Shown one piece after another: positions 8,518 through 14,310 of a stretch of DNA of 64,000 nt; positions within the stretch are counted from its first letter, which is position 1, and the number at the start of each line of letters is the position of its first letter. This stretch comes from a virus. Both the position numbers and the translations under genes were made by a program. The notes under the pieces are model-generated. The model had not been told where the DNA came from. It worked only from the letters and a program-made list of their open reading frames with translations, and did not search any database. The stretch lies in the IMG/VR virus record IMGVR_UViG_3300045988_131126. One strand, 5' to 3'.

Positions 8518-8804
8518 TTATTGTACCTCCTATTATAATCTCTAGCAAGTTTAAAATATTTGGAATAATTTGATAAATTGAGTGATCCTGATTTAGAAAT
8601 CTTGCTAAATGGGCATATTTTTATTATTTCCGATAAGGATATTTTGATACCTTTAAAACTTTTAAATTGACGTATAATCGGTAACCCCATACATTGTCTT
8701 CGAATATCTGTTGAAAAACAACGCATTGTCTTAGCTTCTTCCAATATACAGATCATGATCAGCCTTTTATCATCTGTATTATTATATTTTAAATACTCTT
8801 TCAT
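8514..8804 (-). CDS. small basic protein (96 aa), NNTD-motif family
   Basis: AAAGGAGGTGAAAAT SD. KYNNTDD motif shared with ORFs 330..683 and 687..980. Confidence 0.8.
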   Translation of the reverse strand: MKEYLKYNNTDDKRLIMICILEEAKTMRCFSTDIRRQCMGLPIIRQFKSFKGIKISLSEIIKICPFSKISKSGSLNLSNYSKYFKLARDYNRRYNK

Positions 8805-8811
8805 CTTATTT

Positions 8812-9105
8812 TCACCTCCTTTTATTCTGGACTATACTAATGCGAGTCATATGTATCATCTCGCGTAATGTCGGAATTTCAAAATCTTCATTAAAATAAG
8901 CTATTGCGGCTAATCTTGTACGTTCTATTCTTCTTGCTATAGCTCTAATATTACGGCGGTGATTGCATTTATATGCAATACTATTTACAATAGAACATTT
9001 CCATATATTATTGGATCTTGCTTTCAAAGTTTGTTTTTTCTTTTGGTACATGCGCATATTCTGATTAAATGATTTATGAGAACTCATTGATCTAACAGAC
9101 AGCAT
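8812..9105 (-). CDS. small, extremely basic protein (97 aa)
   Basis: AAAGGAGGGAAT SD. I counted 22 K+R versus 5 D+E in 97 residues. Confidence 0.8.
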   Translation of the reverse strand: MLSVRSMSSHKSFNQNMRMYQKKKQTLKARSNNIWKCSIVNSIAYKCNHRRNIRAIARRIERTRLAAIAYFNEDFEIPTLREMIHMTRISIVQNKRR

Positions 9106-9138
9106 TATTAATTCCCTCCTTTCATCAATAGAATAATA

Positions 9139-9170
9139 TACATCTATACGAAATATTTCGTATAGATGTA
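9139..9170 (-). terminator. hairpin terminator after ORF 9177..10349
   Basis: Perfect palindrome TACATCTATACGAAAT/ATTTCGTATAGATGTA. Confidence 0.65.
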
Positions 9171-9176
9171 TAAAAA

Positions 9177-10349
9177 TTATTTATTTGCTAAACTTATTGT
9201 CAATGCATAATATTTTAATATAGATTTAAAATAAGATATCTTAGTAGCTAATCTAGATTTTCTCTTTCTATAATTTGGAGAATTTTCATCTAGCCATTTC
9301 TCTATAATCTCTTTCTCTCTAATAATATTTGGGTTCTTAGTATTAGGCTTAGGAGTTATAGATTTGGCTATAAACTCAAGCCCAGTTACAGATTTATTCT
9401 CTGAATTAGCCATATACTCAGAAACCATAATTCTTAACAATTCTTTCACTTCCATTAAGTTCTGAGGATCATCTTGTATTCCTTCTATTATACTCTTTAT
9501 TTCATCTGTCTTTACATTAGCATCTTTGCATTTCTTACAAATGGACAAGTCTACTCCATGAGTAGTAATCTTATTCATAGCATTTTCTACATATCCTTCA
9601 GCCTTAATAGAATCATTCTCTGCTAATCTAAAATTATCCTGTTCGTAAGAATCACTATCATAAGATAAATAAGCATCACTATTCTGATATACATCTTTAA
9701 ATACTGCTACTATATTACCTAAGAATGATTTAATTCTTCCATGTAACTGCTGTACAATATCCGCTATATCTTCATCATCAGCGCCATCATTGCATAATTT
9801 CTTTTCATATGTATCTAACCATGTTCTACATATACTTTTTATAGCTCCGAATACAGTACCTTCTCTTTTTAAATCAAATTTTTGAGATAATACATTATTT
9901 ACTACATATTCAAGTATATGTCTTTTTGGCGGATAAATAAATTTTTGCGAATGAATAGACGGATAAAAGTTACCACTAAATGCTAAATATATAGAAGATA
10001 TTTCAGCACGTTTTCTATCGTTATGTTTTAAAAAATGTCTTATTACCATCATCTGTGTTGGTACTAATGGTACTTTCATACATCTTGGATTAAAGTTCAT
10101 ATCCCAATAATAAGTTTTACTTAATATACTTTCTACATCTTTAGGATTTATATTTAAAGTCAAAAAATAATTATTGGTGTCTTCTGCAGTAAATAATATC
10201 CTTGCTTGAGGAATTGTATCGTAAATATCTGCAGATCTTGTTTGAAAGAATTTAGACAAAAAATTAATATATTTGGTTTGATTTTTTGAAATAGCACTAG
10301 ATACTATTGGATATAGTTCTGGTACTATAATTGACGTAATTTTGGACAT
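9177..10349 (-). CDS. hypothetical protein (390 aa) immediately downstream of the tandem array
   Basis: ORF track. AAAGGTGGT SD lies inside the 3' arm of the 10354..10405 hairpin. No motif recognised. Followed by terminator 9139..9170. Confidence 0.8.
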   Translation of the reverse strand: MSKITSIIVPELYPIVSSAISKNQTKYINFLSKFFQTRSADIYDTIPQARILFTAEDTNNYFLTLNINPKDVESILSKTYYWDMNFNPRCMKVPLVPTQMMVIRHFLKHNDRKRAEISSIYLAFSGNFYPSIHSQKFIYPPKRHILEYVVNNVLSQKFDLKREGTVFGAIKSICRTWLDTYEKKLCNDGADDEDIADIVQQLHGRIKSFLGNIVAVFKDVYQNSDAYLSYDSDSYEQDNFRLAENDSIKAEGYVENAMNKITTHGVDLSICKKCKDANVKTDEIKSIIEGIQDDPQNLMEVKELLRIMVSEYMANSENKSVTGLEFIAKSITPKPNTKNPNIIREKEIIEKWLDENSPNYRKRKSRLATKISYFKSILKYYALTISLANK

Positions 10350-10353
10350 AATG

Positions 10354-10405
10354 TCTCTACCACCTTTAATGAAGTTTATTACTCCATTGTTTTCGGTGGT
10401 AGAGA
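10354..10405 (-). promoter_or_regulatory. 11-bp stem hairpin whose 3' arm (on the mRNA) contains the SD of ORF 9177..10349
   Basis: TCTCTACCACC (10354-10364) is the exact reverse complement of GGTGGTAGAGA (10395-10405), with a 30-nt loop. On the minus strand the arm GGTGGTAGAGA sits 4 nt before the ATG and includes AAAGGTGGT. Confidence 0.5.
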
Positions 10406-11543
10406 ATTTTTATTTTGAAATTATGATATTTTTATATTCTCGATTTTATTTAAACCTTGTGATATTTTTATAATTTCTGATTTTATTTTGCGACTATGAT
10501 ATTTAAATCAAAATGATTTTATTTAATTTTCCTGATGTTTTGCCCTTTTTAATTTTATTTAATCTTTATGATATATTTCCAAAAATAATTTTATTTAACT
10601 GCTACGATATTTTATAATTTCTGATTTTTATTTCTGCTTATTGATCTTTTACCAACTGTGAATCACTTAGCATATTATGATATTTATGTGTTTCTGGTTT
10701 ATTTAACTTGTTTGATGTTTTCAGTTGTCTGATTTTACTTTGATAATATGATATTTAATCTCTCTCGGTTTATTTTTAAACTATGATGTTTTTATCTATG
10801 TGATTTTATTTGAATAATATGATATATTTCGGAGATTAATTTATTCACGAAGCATGATATTTATATTAATTTGATTTATTGTTTCTACTTGATACTTTTG
10901 AGCCTTCGATTTATTCTTGTTTTATGATATTTTCAATATGATGATTTTACTTTCATCAAATGATATTTAAGTGTAATTGGTTTATTTGTATTACATGATA
11001 TTTTCGCTCAAATGAATTATTCTTTTGGAAATGATATTTTTCCGACTGTGAATCACTTTGTAAGTATGATATTTATGTGTTTCTGGTTTATTATTAAAGA
11101 ATGATGTTTATACTTTTTTAATTTTACTTCAGTAATATGATATATATACTTTGATGGTTTATTTGTATCATACGATATTTTCACCTATTTGATTTTATTT
11201 AAATCCTATGATATATTTTATTTGTTAATTTATTTTGTCGGTATGATATTTCGAGATTTCTAATTTTTTCACTATAATTGATGATTTTATAATTTATGAA
11301 TTGCTTACATTCTCTGATATTTTTATCAATATGGGTTACTCCATAAATATGATATTTAGGAATATATGGTTTATTATTGAATCGTGATGTTTAAGCTTTT
11401 TTGATTTTACTCTAACAATGTGATATTTATACGCTTTGGGTTTAATTATGTCCACTTGATATTTTGAGGTATTTAATTTGCTTAAGGACAATGATACTTT
11501 TTCGTTTTCGGCTTATTATTACCCTACGATATATCTATTTCAA

Positions 11544-11668
11544 TAATTTATTAGCGTTAGATGATATATTAGATACGCTAATTTATTGGTGTTATATGAT
11601 ACTTTTTTAAGCATAATTTTACTTTTACGATTTGATATTTAAAATCACTTGGTTTATTAAATTCTTTT
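11544..11668 (+). repeat. segmental duplication inside the array (copy 1; copy 2 lies 282 bp downstream)
   Basis: TAATTTATTAGCGTTAGATGATATATTAGATAC and TTTTAAGCATAATTTTACTTTT recur at about 11826-11951 with an offset of 282 bp (8 units). Confidence 0.8.
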
Positions 11669-11825
11669 GATATTTTTGTCGAAATAATTTACTCACTCTT
11701 TTAGATATTTATTAATATTTGGTTTATTATTATATATTGATATTTTCACAGCGATAATTTTACTTTCTTGATATGATATTTAAAATTTTATGGTTTATTT
11801 ATCCTATATGATATTTTTTACATAT

Positions 11826-11951
11826 TAATTTATTAGCGTTAGATGATATATTAGATACATTAATTTATTAGTGGAAAGTGATCCCTTTTTAAGCATAATT
11901 TTACTTTTTCGTTCTGATATTAAAAATTTCTTGGTTTTATTAAAACTATAT
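11826..11951 (+). repeat. segmental duplication inside the array (copy 2)
   Basis: See copy 1 at 11544..11668. Confidence 0.8.
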
Positions 11952-12152
11952 AATATTTTATTGTAAATAATTTATTTGGTTTCATTGATAGCTTTATTTA
12001 TTTGATTTACTTACTCTTTTAGATATTTATTAATATTTGATTTATTATCATATTTTGATATTTTTAACATGAATAATTTTACTTTTTCATTCTGATATTT
12101 AATATCTTCTGGTTTATTTATATCATATGATATTTCTTCAAGTGTAATTTAA

Positions 12153-12183
12153 ATCAGAGATAGGTAACTTACCTATCTCTGAT
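12153..12183 (-). terminator. hairpin terminator after ORF 12193..13923, at the upstream edge of the array
   Basis: ATCAGAGATAGGTA-ACT-TACCTATCTCTGAT, 9 nt after the stop codon. Confidence 0.65.
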
Positions 12184-12192
12184 ATATTTTAT

Positions 12193-13923
12193 TTATCCAT
12201 TATATTTTGGATATTCCGCTCTCTTATCTGGTTTAAATGTAAGTTCTGTTTCAAACGGTACTTCTGGTTTGATATAGTCTACATGACCGAGTCTAGAGAT
12301 TGGGAATACCATTGGCGGAAGTTCTCCATTTTCATAAATATACATTGCTTCAAATACATGCTCTACAAAAATCTTTACTGTCCATCTCTTCGCTCTTGCT
12401 GCAATCTGAGCCGGTGGAAGCATTCCTTTAATGTAGTAGCTATACGCAATGCTATTCTTGCTATAGTTTTTAGCTCTAAGAGCTTTTGCAGCCTGGTCTT
12501 TATATTCCAGGTTTTCGTTTTTACGTGTTTCATATTCCTTCCTTTCTTTATATAACTCTCCATACATAGAACCTCTATTAGATACTTTAACGAAAGACTC
12601 TCCAATCTTCCACATAAGAACTTTCAGTTTAATATTGTATGGAGGCTTAGATAAATAAGAAATTAAGGATTTCTTAGTAATAAATCCATCGTATTTATCT
12701 TCCTCTTTATTAATAGTAGCTGATTTAATCATATTATTGATCTTTCTTCTACCATTAAGTTTTGTGTACAGGTTGCTCATGATTACATGGGTGATAATAT
12801 TCTTATCGGATAAATTGATAATATAGTCAACAAAATGATCTATACTAAACGGTTCCTCCATATTAATTACACCGAGATATGTTTCGTATGTATCCATATG
12901 AAGAATTTCATCTTCAATAGATTCATATTCTACTTCTGTATCATCAATCTCTTCTCTCTGATTAAGCTGTTTATAGGAACGTAAATCTTCATCGACAATT
13001 TTTCTAGCTAATAATATAAGCTTAGATAATTCTTTATTAGGCATTTTACTGATTACATATTCCTTGATTGCATTTTCATTATATAATAGATTTTCTGCTA
13101 AAGATTTATCAATATCAATATCAAGTTCTTCGCAAGCTGCGGCGAATCCTTTGTTTCTAATATCTCTAATAGCCATTAAATCTTTAACAATATTGGTTGC
13201 TTTCTCTTTGCCTAACCATGGATTATTATTGTCATTTAATCCTGCATATGACCAGAAGTTACCTGCAGAATTAACTCCATCTACATTAAAATATGCATAT
13301 AAGCAAGAACTGATTACTGGCCCAATACCTTTGTTTCGTTTTAACCATCTAGTTACTGGATTAGTATCAGAATATGCTTCAAGCATAGCTTTGGTATTAT
13401 CTTCAATATTTCTAAGCTGTAATAAGTTCCATTTCATAATAGATACATTGTCAGGATTATCATTATTATCGTATCCCTGATTTAATGATCTTACCTGATT
13501 CTCTGTACCAATTCTGAAATCCTGAATCTGATAATAAAAATCTACTAATGATTTGACCTCGTTATAATTAAGTGTCACTACAGTTTTCTTAAGGTCTTTA
13601 GACATTTTTCCAAGACCTATAACATTCTGCTTAAGTACACCATCTTCCATTTCCGCATCAGGCTCAAACTCTTCGATATCTTCTTCTGTCGCTTTTTCAA
13701 ACTTTAACACTTTCTTTTCTTTCTTAGACTCTTCATTCTTTTCCTCTTTATCATTCTTTTTAGTAGTTCCGGAAGTCTTTGTATTCTTTTCGTTAATAAT
13801 TTCTTCAACAATTTTCAAAGATTCTAAATCTCCCATACCTATAAAATATGACCTAGCCTCCTCTAAAGTTTTCATTCTACTTCTTGTTGATAATTCTTTT
13901 CCTCTGAATAATAATTTTGTCAT
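12193..13923 (-). CDS. helix-hairpin-helix DNA-binding protein with IS110/Transposase_20-like segment
   Basis: 576 aa. AAGGAGAAAGAG SD. Acidic/K-rich N-terminal region. WLKRNKGIGPVISSCLYAYF-x13-FWSYAGL resembles the ipGIGp..A..l.aei...F.s...l.sYaGL.P signature of the IS110-family C-terminal domain. The Ser-Gly that normally follows was not seen. Confidence 0.55.
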   Translation of the reverse strand: MTKLLFRGKELSTRSRMKTLEEARSYFIGMGDLESLKIVEEIINEKNTKTSGTTKKNDKEEKNEESKKEKKVLKFEKATEEDIEEFEPDAEMEDGVLKQNVIGLGKMSKDLKKTVVTLNYNEVKSLVDFYYQIQDFRIGTENQVRSLNQGYDNNDNPDNVSIMKWNLLQLRNIEDNTKAMLEAYSDTNPVTRWLKRNKGIGPVISSCLYAYFNVDGVNSAGNFWSYAGLNDNNNPWLGKEKATNIVKDLMAIRDIRNKGFAAACEELDIDIDKSLAENLLYNENAIKEYVISKMPNKELSKLILLARKIVDEDLRSYKQLNQREEIDDTEVEYESIEDEILHMDTYETYLGVINMEEPFSIDHFVDYIINLSDKNIITHVIMSNLYTKLNGRRKINNMIKSATINKEEDKYDGFITKKSLISYLSKPPYNIKLKVLMWKIGESFVKVSNRGSMYGELYKERKEYETRKNENLEYKDQAAKALRAKNYSKNSIAYSYYIKGMLPPAQIAARAKRWTVKIFVEHVFEAMYIYENGELPPMVFPISRLGHVDYIKPEVPFETELTFKPDKRAEYPKYNG

Positions 13924-13945
13924 AACTCTTTCTCCTTAAGTATTT

Positions 13946-14155
13946 TTATTTTTTATCGTATTCGTGATATATTGGATTATACATCTTTGATTTGTCTAAT
14001 ACTTCTTGAATTCTGTCTTCAAGGTATCCATAGTCTGTTCCGTAAATTATGGCGACATTGTCTTCATCTCCCTCCTTTTCTGGATTGTCAATATTTATTT
14101 CCTTTTCTTCTAAGAAGTCCTCAAATATATCGATTATTATTTGGGCTGTATTCAT
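13946..14155 (-). CDS. small acidic protein (69 aa) ending in YNPIYHEY motif
   Basis: ATG at 14155 with AAAGGAGAAAAT SD. The longer track ORF starts at a GTG that contains that SD. Sequence is D/E-rich. Confidence 0.75.
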   Translation of the reverse strand: MNTAQIIIDIFEDFLEEKEINIDNPEKEGDEDNVAIIYGTDYGYLEDRIQEVLDKSKMYNPIYHEYDKK

Positions 14156-14272
14156 TTTATTTTCTCCTTTCTTCACATCTATAATATATATTTAAAAATG
14201 TATTTAACAATATCATAATCCGGTGTGGATCATGGTTTCTTTTTCATTTTTTGTCCTAATTCTTTTGTGAAG

Positions 14273-14304
14273 ATACCCTGTATAGGATTTCCTATACAGG
14301 GTAT
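14273..14304 (-). terminator. hairpin terminator after topoisomerase A gene
   Basis: ATACCCTGTATAGG-ATTT-CCTATACAGGGTAT. The U-tract is weak. Confidence 0.6.
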
Positions 14305-14310
14305 TCTTTC

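Larger units (their letters stand above)
10406..12152 (+). repeat. about 49 head-to-tail bipartite units, period 35-37 bp: box A (T)GATATTT plus box B (G/A)(G/A)TTT(T)A(T/C)TT
   Basis: The G of box A falls at 10425, 10461, 10498, 10534, 10570, 10606, 10643, 10679, 10714, 10750, 10785, 10821, 10856, 10891, 10926, 10962, 10997, 11033, 11068, 11103, 11139, 11174, 11210, 11245, 11280, 11316, 11351, 11386, 11422, 11458, 11493, 11528, 11563, 11598, 11634, 11669, 11704, 11739, 11775, 11810, 11845, 11880, 11916, (11952), 11987, 12022, 12057, 12094 and 12129. No ORF of 60 aa or more in any frame. Confidence 0.9.

Noticed and set aside
10406-12152. The tandem array might be a CRISPR array.
   Set aside because: - The whole period is only about 35.5 bp.
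- The conserved blocks are 8-10 nt and non-palindromic.
- The variable segments are 8-10 nt, far too short for spacers.
- No cas genes or leader are present in the window.
10350-12192. The gap might hide a missed protein-coding gene or a pseudogene.
   Set aside because: - The six-frame track shows no ORF of 60 aa or more.
- The regular recurrence of TGA, TAA and TAG-containing boxes (TGATATTT, TTTATTT/TAA) interrupts every frame on both strands.
- The 35.5 bp period is not a multiple of 3.
13064-13480. A 138-aa plus-strand ORF and many similar antisense or overlapping ORFs in the track. Examples: 1655..1909, 4132..4371, 7134..7436, 12283..12555, 29110..29481, 43709..44173, 51117..51440, 59756..60115, 61262..61687, 62364..62933, and 48227..48967 in several frames.
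   Set aside because: - They lie entirely inside longer ORFs that have recognisable domains or strong SDs.
- They lack SDs of their own.
- They have the L/F/I/S-rich composition typical of antisense frames in AT-rich DNA.
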